A stretch of DNA of 64,000 nt. It comes from Chrysomallon squamiferum (Eukaryota > Animalia > Mollusca). The stretch spans positions 3,038,001 to 3,102,000 of the forward strand of contig CM022677.1 in NCBI GenBank assembly GCA_012295275.1. Direction: 5' to 3'. Under the pieces are notes generated by a model. The model had not been told where the DNA came from. It saw only the letters and a program-made list of their open reading frames with translations, and did not search any database. Of this stretch, positions 14,714 to 30,073 are shown piece by piece (position 1 is the first letter of the stretch; the number at the start of each line of letters is the position of its first letter). The position numbers were made by a program, and so were the translations under genes.

Positions 14714-15222
14714 TATTATTGTCAAAACGGAAAAGACTATAGAAGGTCATCATACAGAGTAACAAAGAAAAAATCCATGAAAAATTATTAAAATATAAAC
14801 AATAAAACATTCCGTTTAAAATAAAAAAATAATATATATAGAAATAAAACTGCATTCTAACAGTAATCCAATGTCATTTTGGCTCTGCCAGCTCATCTTG
14901 GTGTGTTGTACTGATGAAGAAATAATAAACTCAAAATAAAAATGTCCAGTTTATTTTTGAAGTCAATCCCTCATAAGTATATTGGAGAAATGAGATTAGA
15001 TTGGTCAAAATGTTGCTGGATGGAACTCCATTCCAAACAAATCAAACTAAATCTTCTCCATATTATTGAAAACACTACAGTCCCCGGTTACCTAACTACT
15101 GATTTCAAATTAACTAGATCCAAACATAATATAAAATGCAAGATCCAGTGCAGTGTCTCTTCAGATACCTCAAGTTAGAACATTTGGTAAAAATGCACAG
15201 GAATATTGTCTTGGAATATCTT

Positions 15223-15387
<165 letters not shown>

Positions 15388-15885
15388 AAAAAGAGAGACA
15401 ACTGCAGCCGATGTTCATGGATAAAAACAACATCACTCATGAATGCACCTTTAATTGGCGTAGATAAATCCAAATTCAAACAGTATTTTGAAAATAAAAA
15501 AGTCAAATCTCCTTGCTGTTTCATTCTTTCTTTGTTTCTTTGGGGTTTTTTTCGTTCCGTTTTCTTTAAATTAAATTTATATCTTTGTATTACAAAATAT
15601 GACCAAAAAAAAAAAATAATATAATAATAATAATAATAAAATGTTTGTAATTAAAAAAGAAAGATATCACCATAAATTTCATCATTTGTTTTCAAAAATG
15701 TTTGCTTTTTTTGGACTGGACTGATATATACATATGTATTTAGCTGTCTCCGATCTGCCTGTGTATGTGTTGTGTGTGTACATGTGTGTGTGTACATGTG
15801 TGTTGGACTGATATATACATATGTATTTAGCTGTCTGATCTGCCTGTGTATGTGTTGTGTGTGTGTGTGTGTATGTGTGTGTGTG

Positions 15886-15926
<41 letters not shown>

Positions 15927-16385
15927 CCTACATGTGTGTGTGTGTGTGTGTTGTGTGTGTACATGTGTGTGTATGTGTACATGTGTGTGTGTGTGTGCAT
16001 CTATATATACATATATAGACATACTGATAAAGACAGATAGATACAAATACATATACAGAATTAGAGACACACATGAATGGAGATACAGAAACGGAAAGAC
16101 AGAGAGACACACAGACTGACAGAGAGATAGATAAACATACACTGCGATATAAAGTAGTTAGATAGACAGACAGACAGACATATCATCAGACAGCTAGATA
16201 GATACATTTCAATCTACACAGTTCCTGACAGAAAACTAATATTTCATGAAGGGTTGATTAATTTAATTCTGTGAATTACAAACATTAATGCTGTAGTGTT
16301 AATTCCACTGGACAATGTGAATGTATTCTCCCATGTATGTATTCTCCCATGTAGGAGTTCAGTAATTCATTGTTGGTTTTCATAG

Positions 16386-16681
16386 ACTGTCACAACCATG
16401 TTTCTTGATAACACATCCCTCTGTAACTCATTGTCAGTTTTCACAATCAAACTGTCACAACCATGTTTCTTGATAACACATCTCTCTGTAACTCATTGTC
16501 GGTTTTTAAATCAAACTGTCACAACCATGTTTCTTGATAACACATCTCTCTGTAACTCATTGTCGGTTTTTACAATCAAACTGTCACAACCATGTTTCTT
16601 GATAACACATCTCTCTGTAACTCATTGTCGGTTTTTACAATCAAACTGTCACAACCATGTTTCTTGATAACACATCCCTCT
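16386..16681. repeat. ~65-bp minisatellite, ~4.5 copies
   Basis: ACTGTCACAACCATGTTTCTTGATAACACATC recurs five times. Confidence 0.93.
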
Positions 16682-17851
16682 GGTACATCGATTGGGCACT
16701 TTCCAACACTCGAACCATACCTGTGTGTGTCAAACATATCACTGCTTTTGTTACTATATTATTATACTACTACAACTGTGACAACTACTAACCACTGTTA
16801 CTAATACTACTACGATGTTGACCACTACTACCACTGTTACTAATACTACAGTTATGTCGACCACTACTAACCAGTGTTACTAATACTACTACAATGTTGA
16901 CTACTACTAACCAGTGTTACTTATACTACAATGATGTTGACTACTGCTACCACTGTTACTGATACTACTACTACTACTACTACTTTTGCAATAACTACTA
17001 TTACTTCTGCTATTATTACTTATAGTTAGAACTATCACTAAAACTATTAGTACTATTATTGGTAATACTAATAACAATATTAATAATGCCAGAAATGGAT
17101 AACATGAATGTTTGTTTGCTGAAACAATAGCTAGTTGTCATTGTTTCAGCGCTGTTTAACACACAAAAACCTGTTGTGAAGGTATCCATACTCTTCACCA
17201 AACAACTTGCATACAAGCTTACAATAACATCAGCAAAACTGAGAACACAAACAATCTGGTATACCTATGTGACATTTTTAACTCAGTCAACTTGCAGAAT
17301 GATGCTGTAGATTACAATAAAGTGCAACAGAAAAATGTTTACAAAGCTGACAACCAGCTGAAGTTTATGTATAAGGAGACTCACACATGTAAACGTAAAT
17401 TAACCACACAAAACATAGTAATAAAAAAAATAAATAAATAAATAAATAAATAAAAAAAAAAAAATAAATAAATATATACATAAATAATAAATATCTGTTT
17501 CTCTGTATATGTGTATATATCTACATGTCTATAACTACATAGAAATAAATAAAAAATAAATAAATAATAATAAATATATATTCATATATAGTGACACATA
17601 CACACTCAAACACACACACACATATATACATATATATATATATGTGTGTGTGTGTGTTTGTTTATATATATACGACAATTTTTTCAGTAAATGGATAAAG
17701 TGTCAGAAATACTGGTATATTTAAAATGGCGATTGGTACACACATATATACACAAACATATATATATATACATACATATGCACACAAAAACACACATACA
17801 TTCATACATTTACATATACACATACACACACACACACACAAACATACACAT

Positions 17852-17884
<33 letters not shown>

Positions 17885-17960
17885 CACACATATAGATAAT
17901 ATAGTAGTAGTAGTAGTAGCAGCAGCAAAGTGGTTTTAATAATATGAAAAAGAACAACAT

Positions 17961-17996
<36 letters not shown>

Positions 17997-18294
17997 GTAA
18001 TAATAATAGTAGTAATAACAATAATAACAACAAAAAACAACAAAAAGTAATGTTAATACTAATAAAATGCTGTAATTGTTACAACAGAAAAAAAAAAAAA
18101 AAACAATAAAAATAATCGACTTACTTTGTTTTTTTTTTTTTTACCAAGTCAGCTCAGTCTCCCAGAATGAAGTAATTATCTTTAATGAAAAGAATGTCTA
18201 AGTAATCCAAATAAACTGAATCCATATCATATTCATCTTTAAAATACAGAAAAATATAAAATAAGTATCATAAAAATATATCTGTTTAGAATTT

Positions 18295-18352
18295 GACGCC
18301 ATGTTGCTACTGCTGCTACTTTTTCCAGTGACGTCATTCCGATTATGCAAAT
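18295..18352 (-). promoter_or_regulatory. Pol II promoter-like cluster: octamer, CRE and AACATGGCG
   Basis: ATGCAAAT 18345-18352, TGACGTCA 18329-18336, and a YY1-type AACATGGCG containing an ATG at 18302-18300 (-). The ORF after it (MASNSKQ...) closes after 34 codons. Confidence 0.45.
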
Positions 18353-20138
18353 TGGAGAAGTTAAAAGTCAGATGGCTTTAAAACCGGAAACATTTATTAA
18401 ATTGTTTGTTTATTTTGTAAAGCATTTATATAATTTAAAAAAATTTTGATGACATTTTGTTAGAATTTGTCTTTTTATTCCTGCATAACATTATTAAACC
18501 ATACACATTTATTCTGTCAATAATCGTCATTTGATTAAGACTAGTTCGGCCATTGCCGTAACATGCGATGTCACGAAGAATTAATACAGTTCTATTCGTT
18601 GTGACAAAACGTTCTGTAACCGTAAACTTAGGATAAGGGTTGAGATAGTTTCTGTCAATAAAATCGGAAAGTTGAAGTTGACATTTCTAGATATAAAAAT
18701 TAAAAGAAAAAGTATGATAAAAAATAAACAAGACCATGTCTTATTCCATATTGATACAGTTATTCAGAACATTAAACGGTTAAGTACTTTTGTTGTTAAT
18801 AGGTGTGATAATAAAAACACATTCCGACTAACCAGAACCAGTTACTAATTTAGTGTCATCAGCAATTTATTTATTTATTTATTTATAATAGTTTTATATT
18901 GAAGGCGTTAATCAATTTAATTTCAGTTAATGATTTTCATGTTTTATCTTTTATGAGATAATATGTGACTATTAAAAGTACGTTTATAAATCAATGTTTA
19001 TATACAGATATAGATCCGAGATATAGAAAATAATTTATTTATTTAGGAACTTTTAGTTATTTTACCAGTTTTGCACCAAGAAAACATATTTTCAGTTGCT
19101 GTGTTAAATAAATGCATTATAAATTCGCAGAGATCACAAGGTTTTCTTAAATCTAAATAAAACAGTTAATTCAGGTAATTTCACATTCGACCATTTCCGT
19201 GATCTGTGATACGGTAATCGCTTGTAACAAAGTATTAAAACAATAAATTATTTTAAAATAAACAAATAACTAAATAATAATAATAATCATAATAGTAAAG
19301 ATTATCAAATAAAATCAGATTAAAAAAAAATTAAAAGTCCGAAAGTTATTGGTTTAGATTTCTATGTAAATAATGTGTATGTTGTGCACTATTAATACCA
19401 TTACCTAACTGAATATCATAAAAACAGTTTTGTGCTAAAGGAGACTGGAGAAGACTACAGAGAAAACAGAAGTTAAAAACAGTTTTGCTGAAATTGATAA
19501 AGGAATTTGTTTGGTGTTAAAGAAGAGACATCATACAACTGATAAAAATCTAATTAAATACTCACCCAGCTGTGTCGAAATAATGATGATGATGATGATG
19601 ATGTTGTTGGTGAGGTCATGATTGGACTTCATCTTCCTGTGCCAATGATTTCCACAAAATTGTCTGAATGCAGAATCTAAGCAGATGTACATAAAACAAG
19701 ATACTAATACATGCACACACATATGTCTATAAATACAGACACACTCATACATTCATACATATATACATACATCTGTATAAATATATACATGCAGACACAT
19801 ACATACAGAAACAAAAAAAATACCTGCATACATAGAGAAATTATATACACACACATACACATACAAACATACATTACACTCATTTGAACTAATTCTAATG
19901 TTCAGGTGTACAGACAGACAGACATATTTACTGACACATTTGACACTTGGTGGACACAGACCCATCTTACAACACATAAATAAATAAATAAATAAAATAA
20001 GGAAGGAAAGAAAAAAAAAATTCACACACATTAGCAATTAAATAGTTTAATTAGTTAATAAAATAAATAAATATTGAATAAAAAAAAAAAACACATTATA
20101 AAGGACCAAAATACATTCCATACACACACAAAACAACC

Positions 20139-20176
<38 letters not shown>

Positions 20177-20549
20177 CTCTCTGTCTTTTCTGTTTCTGCC
20201 AATTCTCTCCCCCTTTATGTACATAAGTTTTAGAAACCCATAATAACTTCAGAGCAGTACAGTAAGATCCACTTTAAACCCTTTTAACAAACAGATCTAC
20301 TTTAACCTACTAATACTTACCTTACAGCTGTGTGTTATTGTTTCATCTGGAAAATAAATAATCATTATAAAAAATAATTAAGAAATAAATAAAAGAAAGA
20401 AAGAATTAAGGAAGAAAGGAAAAGGAAAAATGAAGCTATGTAATATATAAATTTGCCTAGACAAGCACTATCAGCAGGCTGAATACTTTGGAGTGAGAGA
20501 AAACTGGTCAGTAGTTAGTGTAGATACTTCACTTCTAGCTGTAGCTAAT

Positions 20550-22170
20550 TTACTTGAAAATAAACTTGAAGATATTCTCAAGTAAGTATGTAAGACTTGT
20601 ATATGAAATGAAACCCACAAAGAAAACAAGAGTCTTAAAGAAAACTGTCAAAACTGCAGTAAGACATTTATTCATTTCATTTTGGGGTCTTCAGTCCTGT
20701 AACAAGGAGAAATATTTTCAGTATCATAACATAGTAGATATTTCTGCATGCTGAAAAGCCTAGGGCTTTCTTTTTTTACTTCTTCTTTTTTTTCACTAGC
20801 TGGTCAAAGCATTTATGTATGCAAATCTGGTATAATAAAACACTAAAGGGAGTAGAAAAATTACCAAGACAACAATGAAGCAGAAAAAAAAAAAAGCAAG
20901 AAAAATTATTAATTATGTTTGAAATTACACAATCTTTTCTTGTACTGAAAGCATGCAGACACAAAAGCAGAATGCTAAGAGGCAGTTCCTCAGCTCTGAT
21001 CTGAATGTGTAGTTTATACATGATCAGTGTTAAAACAACACAAAGCAGAATGCCAAGAGGCAGTTCTTCAGCTCTGATCTGAATGTGTAGTTTATACATG
21101 ATCAGTGTTAAAACAACACAAAGCAACACAAAGCAGAATGCTAAGAGGCAGTTCCTCAGCTCTGATCTGAATGTGTAGTTTATACATGATCAGTGTTAAA
21201 ACAACAGAAAGAAACCTGTTTCCTTTCAAACAATAGAAGTGTTTTCTACAGGGAATGCAGTTACACATTCCACAGTCCCAGATATAACTGGTATTTTGTG
21301 TGATATAAAAGACTCAGGACAGGTGACAAGTGATAGGAAAGCAGATTATGAAGTACTTGGACAAAATAATTTAAAATCACAGCATTCCATATAATATTGC
21401 CACTGTTGAAGCTGTACTTACAGTATTTTGTTCTTCGGTGAATCATGTGCATTACACAAGAAAATGGAGTTGCTGCTTCTTAAGATTTTACAAACTGAAC
21501 AGAGGAGGAGTATTCAGTTACCTTTGGATCATGTAAATAGACACACGTTCAGTTATGTACATCAAGCCATGGCTACAGCTTACCTCTTGTGTATCTCTGA
21601 TTCATAATCAGAATAAAACAGGAAACATTTTATAGTCACAGCACTTCTCCATGTTGTTGTTTGTGTACTGATCACAAAGTACTGAAGACAGGTCATACAC
21701 GTGTTACGTGATTCTGTTCATTCTGTTAAAGAAAGGCTAAACAAATATTTCTATTTATGTTCTGCCATAATGTGACAGGTCAGAATGGCTCACATAAAGA
21801 AATATACTTTTAAAACACCACATTTCCTGAATGTGAAACAATAAGTTAAACATGTTGCCTCTTTGTACAGCTTATTCCACAGACAAAGGCGTTAACTGAA
21901 TGTAAATAAAATGGTTACAATTTAGAAAATCAGAGGAAAGGCTCAGTGAGAAAAATGAAGTTTATAGTTCGATGAAGAGTTGGTTTGTCTGTTAGAAACA
22001 AAAACTGCCAAATTCTGAACTAAAGAGAAAAATATCTTATTTCATTGTGTAAAGATAGACATGTACCCTCAGAATATCCTCAACATTATTATAAAATTAC
22101 ACTGGATGACAAAACAGGAGATTGATCTCCACTACCTGATGCAAAGCAAAGTGAAAAGTATTCAGAATAA
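20550..22170 (+). pseudogene. Decayed Sola1-type DNA transposase
   Basis: Hand translation across frameshifts gives motifs in Sola1 order: FISFWGL (~20670); GQSIYVCK (~20800); KRQFLSSDLNV (~20975); EAVLTVFCSSVNHVHYTRK...YLW (~21408-21530); SDS*SE*NRKHF (SDxCxGQNRN, ~21595); DHKVLKTGHT..DSVHS (~21670-21725); LISLCKDRHVPSEY...SPLPD (~22035-22140). Confidence 0.75.
20963..21206. repeat. ~78-bp x3 tandem repeat inside the Sola1 transposase
   Basis: AAGCAGAATGC.AAGAGGCAGTTC at ~20965, 21043 and 21131. Confidence 0.92.
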
Positions 22171-23189
22171 AAGGTTAAACTTGCAATGTTGCTCTAAACC
22201 AGCCATTTATTGTAATCACCAGAAGTGTAAATACAAACATTTAGTATCAGTTTTAAATGTCAGATTCAAAACAGAGGGTTAAGTTTTAATACAGAACTAA
22301 TTTTTTATAACACATTTTTGCTTTCAGTGTTCAAATGAATTCTAGACTTCACTTTTAATATATTTTAACATTATATTGAATATAATTACTTTTATATTAA
22401 ATTAAATTTAAAAAAATCCTTTGCAAGTAATAAACTAATCTATAAAATAACAGAAATAAAATATATTTTTTCACATATGTTATGGTGATGACTGTTTGGT
22501 AAATATATCAGAAGGAAAAAACAGGTGTGGTTGATTGGGATAACCAGTCAGATGTCGCACAATGTACTTTTGACTTAAAGTCTATTAATAATGTTCAGTG
22601 CATCAACAGATCAACAGTTTTGAAAACATCTCAACTTTCATGTCTAAACATGTTTTTTGCTCAAATAAGTCAATAAAACATGTTCTTTGTGTTTTTGTGT
22701 GAAAATCTTAACCAAATTATGCTTAAACTGTGCACTTATTTTGCCAAGATTCATCTAAAGTCTCTGACATCCCCCCCCCATGCACTGCGTATCACTGATC
22801 TGTAGAATGTGATTTATCTTATTCCATCAAAACCTGAGTTTTCATTGTTCTCACCATGTTTTTATCATCCTATGCTGACACACACATGTTCATTTGCAAT
22901 GTTCTTTATACGTGTCACAGTTCACTTTATGTCAAAATGACTCATCTGCACTGTTTTTACAACATTTTAAGTCTGTGATTTTCATATGTCAGAATATCAT
23001 AGGTGATTCTGGTGGGGAGGTGAGCTAATAAATAGAACTACTGTGATGAAATATTCTGAACAGAAGAGTTGTTTAACAAGCTACGAACATGTGAAATTTT
23101 AAAACCCTAGGTCAGTGCATGCACAGATGCCAGAAAATGTAAACTTTGTTTTCCATTTTCCCCATTTAATCTGTAACACCTCAAATTAA

Positions 23190-24770
23190 TCCTTACAATA
23201 ACCCTCATGTGAACTCTAACCCTAACCAAACCTTAATGCTAACTTTAATCTTAAACCTAACCCTAACAGTAACCTAAAGATAACCATAACCTTAACCATA
23301 TCCATAACCTTACTTGTAAGAGTATGATATACTAAGGATTTATTGAAATAAAACTAATTTTAAAATATATGCTAAGACTCATAGTTAATTTTTTGAAATA
23401 GAAAAGTTATTTTAAATTTGTCATAATACAAACAACAATTTTATTTATTTATTTATTTATTTATTTATTTTTTTTTTTGTCCCAATTTTTTCTCACAAGA
23501 AAATATTTTTTAAGATATACTGATAATTAAATTATCTAACCCTAATCATAATTCTTACTCTTCACCCAAACCTAACCATCACCTGTTTCATCCTAATATT
23601 CAACATATTTATTCATGTTTTTTTTTTTTTTTTTCTTGTTTTGTGAAAAATACCTTAAGATAAACAGATAATTAAATCTAACTCTAATCCTAACCATATA
23701 TCTAACTCCACTCCAGTCCTAACCTAATGCTAAAAATAGCTCTAATCTTAATGGTATCCATAATGTTAACCCTAAATATAGCCTTAACCCTAAATATAGC
23801 CTTAACTCTAAATAAAACCTTAACCCTAAATATAGCCTTAACCCTAAATATAGCTTTAACCTAAATATAGCCTTAACCCTAAATATAGCCTTAACCCTAA
23901 ATATAGCCTTAACTCTAAATATAGCCTTAACCTAAATATAGCCTTAACCTAAATATAAAACCTTAACCTAAATAAAACCTTAACTCTAAATATAGCCTTA
24001 ACTCTAAATATAGCCTTAACCCTAAATATAGCCTTAACTCTAAATATAGCCTTAACCCTAAATATAGCCTTCACCCTAAATATAGCCTTAACCCTAAATA
24101 TAGCCTTAACCCTAAATATAGCCTTAACTCTAAATATAGCCTTAACCTAAATATAGCCTTAACCCTAAATAAAACCTTAACTCTAAATATAGCCTTAACT
24201 CTAAATATAGCCTTAACCCTAAATATAGCCTTAACTCTAAATATAGCCTTAACCCTAAATATAGCCTTAACCTAAATATAGCCTTAACCTTACTTGTAAC
24301 AGTGTGATAAATTAATGATTTATTGAAATAAATCTTATTTCAAATTTTATCCTAAAATACATATTTTGAAATTAATTTTAATTCCTCATAACATTTTTCA
24401 AGTTTTATATCAAAAGTATCTTCAACAAAATATACCATCAAATGAATCCTACCCTAATACTAAAGCCAGCCCTAATACTAAACCCTAATCATCACCCATA
24501 GTGAAAGCTTAACCCTTAATGCCAACACTGACCTTAAGCCTAATACAACCCAACCCTAATCTAGCCTACACCAACTGTAAACACAAAACAAACCCACATG
24601 CTAACCCTAATCAATACCCTAATTCTAACCCTAATGTAGAATCTAGCCCAAATCCCAACCCAAGCTCTAATACTAACACCAAACCTAATCTGAACCTGAA
24701 GCTTAACACTGAATATAACCTTAACCCTAATGAAAACACTAACACTCACTCTAACCATAGCATAACCATA
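23190..24770. repeat. Interstitial telomere-like (CCCTAA-derived) region with an 18-bp core array at 23770-24290
   Basis: Unit CCTTAA-CCCTAA-ATATAG, ~29 copies. Flanks are degenerate hexamer-periodic TAACCC/TAATCC/TAACTC. Confidence 0.9.
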
Positions 24771-25016
24771 TCTGTAATACTGGATTTCTTCAAATGTCAT
24801 TCTAATACTCAAGTACATTTTCTTGAAATTAATGATTTCTTTAAATTGTATGCTAAAATTCAACCTTTTGGGAGGACACCATATGTGTGTGTGTGTGTCT
24901 ATGTGTGTGTGTATATATATGTATGTGTATGTGTATATATATATGTGTGTGTGTATGTATGTATATACATATATATATATATATGTGTGTGTGTGTGTAT
25001 GTATGTATATATATAC

Positions 25017-25064
<48 letters not shown>

Positions 25065-25981
25065 CCATATTTAAGTCTGCAAGTCATGACATGAATTAAC
25101 TACAGGACTAATTGTTGCGGAATACACACAAAACAATTTTGAAAAAAACAAGAAAACTGTATATATGTTATGAATATAGAATATCCCAAATTATATGTTG
25201 TACAGAATTAGGTCATATTAAAGAGAAATGAGCTGAGGAGAAGCATAGTTGAAAAATAGCTTAACCATATTTTTATTTCATTTTTTTCAACCGATATTTA
25301 AGGGTAACTGATGCTGAACCAGTAGATGAGACATTGTTTGACGCTCCTAGTAAGTATGTTTGTAGGTGGTAAAGTTTATAAAAGTCAGAGTGTACGTATG
25401 GTGATACAAGTAATTAGTGTTAATTGTGAGTAGTTAATAAGAGATGAACTCATTACTCTCTAGTGTTGGTCTACAGCAGGGATTCATTTATGTTCATGTT
25501 AGGAACATACAAGTACAAACTTCGTGAAGAACTGGGAACAGATGAGTCACAGCAGACGTCAAACTAACGCTTACCAGCAACTACATGGAAATAATTTTAT
25601 AAAACAATAAAAAATCTGAAGATTTGATTTTAAAATAATACGAATGTCGTATCTGCAATAAAGAAGTAAATGGAATGATTTTGAAAATTTGCGTATAGAA
25701 AAATCAGACTGAGGTATTCTGTGTACAGTTATAAACAGTTAACGATTTATTTGTTTGTTTATTTATTTATAATATTTATTTATTTATTTATATGTTTTGT
25801 CATGTTAAGTGCTACTAGCTAAGACTAAAAATGGTTGCTTGCATTGACATCTGGGATTGCTCGTTCGCGCGCAAACCCGCAGTTAAAACTATATCAGAAT
25901 AATATGCACTGAATTGTGTTCAAAACAAATAACTTTTATTTGTGACCTTTAAGTATGAAACTGTTTAGTTCTTGAAAGAGG

Positions 25982-27056
25982 ATGTATCTGCGTGCTAACT
26001 ACATACACACACATATAAACATGCACAGTGACACAAACATATATCTGTCTATACATCTAACTATGTATCTGCGTGCTAACTACATACACACACATATAAA
26101 CATGCACAGTGACACAAACATATATCTGTCTATACATCTAACTATGTATCTGCGTGCTAACTACATACACACACATATAAACATGCACAGTGACACAAAC
26201 ATATATCTGTCTATACATCTAACTATGTATCTGCGTGCTAACTACATACACACACATATAAACATGCAAAACATGCACAGCGACACAAACATATATCTGT
26301 CTATACATCTAACTATGTATCTGCGTGCTAACTACATACACACACATATAAACATGCACAGCGACACAAACATATATCTGTCTATACATCTAACTATGTA
26401 TCTGCGTGCTAACTACATACACACACATATAAACATGCACAGCGACACACAAACATATATCTGTCTATACATCTAACTATGTATCTGCGTGCTAACTACA
26501 TACACACACATATAAACATGCACAGCGACACAAACATATATCTGTCTATACATCTAAGTGTGCTAACTATATCTGCGTGCTAACTACATATATCACACAC
26601 ATATAAACATGCACAGCGACACAAACATATATCTGTCTATACATCTAACTATGTATCTGCGTGCTAACTACATACACACACATATAAACATGCACAGCGA
26701 CACAAACATATATCTGTCTATACATCTAACTATGTATCTGCGTGCTAACTACATACACACACATATAAACATGCACAGCGACACAAACATATATCTGTCT
26801 ATACATCTAACTATGTATCTGCGTGCTAACTACATACACACACATATAAACATGCACAGCTGTCACAAACATATATCTGTCTATACATCTAACTATGTAT
26901 CTGCGTGCTAACTACATACACACACATATAAACATGCACAGTGACACAAACATATATCTGTCTATACATCTAACTATGTATCTGCGTGCTAACTACATAC
27001 ACACACATATAAACATGCACAGTGACACAAACATATATCTGTCTATACATCTAACT
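25982..27056. repeat. 81-bp minisatellite, ~13 near-identical copies
   Basis: Unit ATGTATCTGCGTGCTAACTACATACACACACATATAAACATGCACAG(T/C)GACACAAACATATATCTGTCTATACATCTAACT. Confidence 0.97.
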
Positions 27057-27544
27057 GGTAAACCACGTTTTCATAAATGTACTGGCACACTCAGGTACGT
27101 GCGCCTAGAAATGCACAGACCAACAGGTCCACTGATTTACATCGCGCACACAAACCCAGTGATTCACGTTTATAATGAATTGACTCACACAGACATACAC
27201 GTGACAGACACGTCACGTCGCTGATACAAACAGGCACAAACTACCATATACACGCACACGCACGCACACGCACGGAGGCTAGCGCAAACAAACAAAGAAC
27301 AAACAAACTGAAGAACAAATAAATTGAAATATGAATAGAAATATTAAATAAATAAATAAATAAATAAATATATTTTTAGAAATTATGTAATTAATAGATA
27401 AATGGAAGGAAAGGGATCAGCCATACATCAGTGCAAACTGTAGATTAAATAAGCAAACAACACTTACCTCTTTTACAAAGTATTCATATACACATACATA
27501 CAGTCATACACAAGTACGTACACTTGCACACACATAATCACATA

Positions 27545-30005
27545 AATATCTACATTCATACACATAATACAAACACACAGGTAGACACAGATAATAGAAA
27601 CACACAGATACAGAAACATACAGAGATAAACAAATATATACACTCACACACATAATACAAAACACACAGGTAGACACAGATAATAGAAACACACAGATAC
27701 AGAAACATACAGAGATAAACAAATATATACACTCACACACATAATACAAACACACAGGTAGACACAGATAATAGAAACACACAGATACAGAAACATACAG
27801 AGATAAACAAATATATACACTCACACACATAATACACCGACATATACATAAATACATACATGCATACACAAAACAACAAACATAATACAGACACAGACAG
27901 ATATACACATACATACATGCATACAAGTACATAATATAAACACAGATACACATGCATACATGCATACAAATATATAAACACAGATACACATACATACATG
28001 CATACAAATATATAATATAAATATATATATAAACACAGATCATACATACATACATACATGCATAAAATACATAATATAAACACAGATACACATACATACA
28101 TATATACACACAACATACATACACGCATAATACACACACATATACATACATGCTACATACCAATACATACAACAAACAGGGACAGATACACATAGATACG
28201 TACATACAAATACATACAAATAATACATACATACAATACATACAACAAACATGGACACATACATACACATACATACCAATACATACAAATACAACAGGGA
28301 CAGATACATACACATACCATACATACAACAAACAAACAGATACATACAAATACATACAAATACACACAGATACATATACATGCTACATACCAATACATAC
28401 AACAAACAAACAAACAGGGACAGATACACATAGATATGTACATACAAATACATACAAATAATACACACACAGATACATATACATGCTACATACCAATACA
28501 TACAACAAACATGGACAGATACACATAGATACGTACATACAATACATACAAATAATACACACACAGATACATATACATACTACATACCAATACATACACA
28601 TACAACAAACAGGGACAGATACACATAGATACGTACATACAAATAAAATAATACACACACAGATACATATACATGCTACATACCAATACATACAACAAAC
28701 AGGGACAGATACACATAGATATGTACATACAAATAATACAAATAATACACACACAGATACATATACATGCTACATACCAATACATACATACAACAAACAG
28801 GGACAGATACACATAGATATGTACATACAAATACATACAAATAATACACACACAGATACATATACATGCTACATACCAATACATACAACAAACAGGGACA
28901 GATACACATAGATATGTACATACAAATACATACAAATAATACACACACAGATACATATACATGCTACATACCAATACATACAACAAACATGGGACAGATA
29001 CACATAGATACGTACATACAAATAATACAACACAGATACATTACATGCTACATACCAATACATACAACAAACAGGGACAGATACACATAGATACGTACAT
29101 ACAAATAATACAACACAGATACATATACATACATACATACCAATACATACAAACAAACAGGGACAGATACACATAGATACGTACATACAAATAATACACA
29201 CACAGATACATATACATGCTACATACCAATACATACAACAAACAGGGGCAGATACACATAGATATCACGTACATACAAATAATACACACACAGATACATA
29301 TACATGCTACATACCAATACATACAACAAACAGGGACAGATACACATAGATACGTACATACAAATAATACAAATAATACACACAGATACATATACATATA
29401 CATACCAATACAATACATACAACAAACAGGGACAGATACACATAGATATGTACATACAAATAATACACACACAGATACACATACATGCTACATACCAATA
29501 CATACAACAAACAGGGACAGATACACATAGATACGTACATACAAAAATAATACACACACAGATACATATACATGCTACATACCAATACATACAACAAACA
29601 GGGACAGATACACATAGATACGTACATACATACAAATAATACAAATAATACACACACAGATACATATACATGCTACATACCAATACATACAACAAACAGG
29701 AACAGATACACATAGATACGTACATACAAATAATACACACACAGATACATATACATGCTACATACCAATACATACAACAAACAGGAACAGATACACATAG
29801 ATATGTACATACAAATAATACACACACAGATACACATACATGCTACATACCAATACATACAACAAACAGGGACAGATACACATAGATATGTACATACAAA
29901 TAATACAAATAATACACACACAGATACATATACATGCTACATACCAATACATACAACAAACAGGGACAGATACACATAGATATGTACATACAAATACATA
30001 CAAAA
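27545..30005. repeat. Compound CA/TA-rich minisatellite: ~89-bp x3, a degenerate zone, then ~85-bp x ~20
   Basis: ATGCTACATACCAATACATACAACAAACAGGGACAGATAC recurs, e.g. at 29670, 29755 and 29840. Confidence 0.93.
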
Positions 30006-30030
30006 TAATACAAACACAGACTTGACTATG

Positions 30031-30073
<43 letters not shown>

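Noticed and set aside
17161-17420. ~85-codon open frame on + (HTKTCCEGIHTLHQTT...)
   Set aside because: No start, splice support or recognisable motif.
25982-27224. 27-aa repeat protein MYLRANYIHTH...
   Set aside because: The open frame is a by-product of the 81-bp period. Frameshifting indels break it and no splice context is evident.
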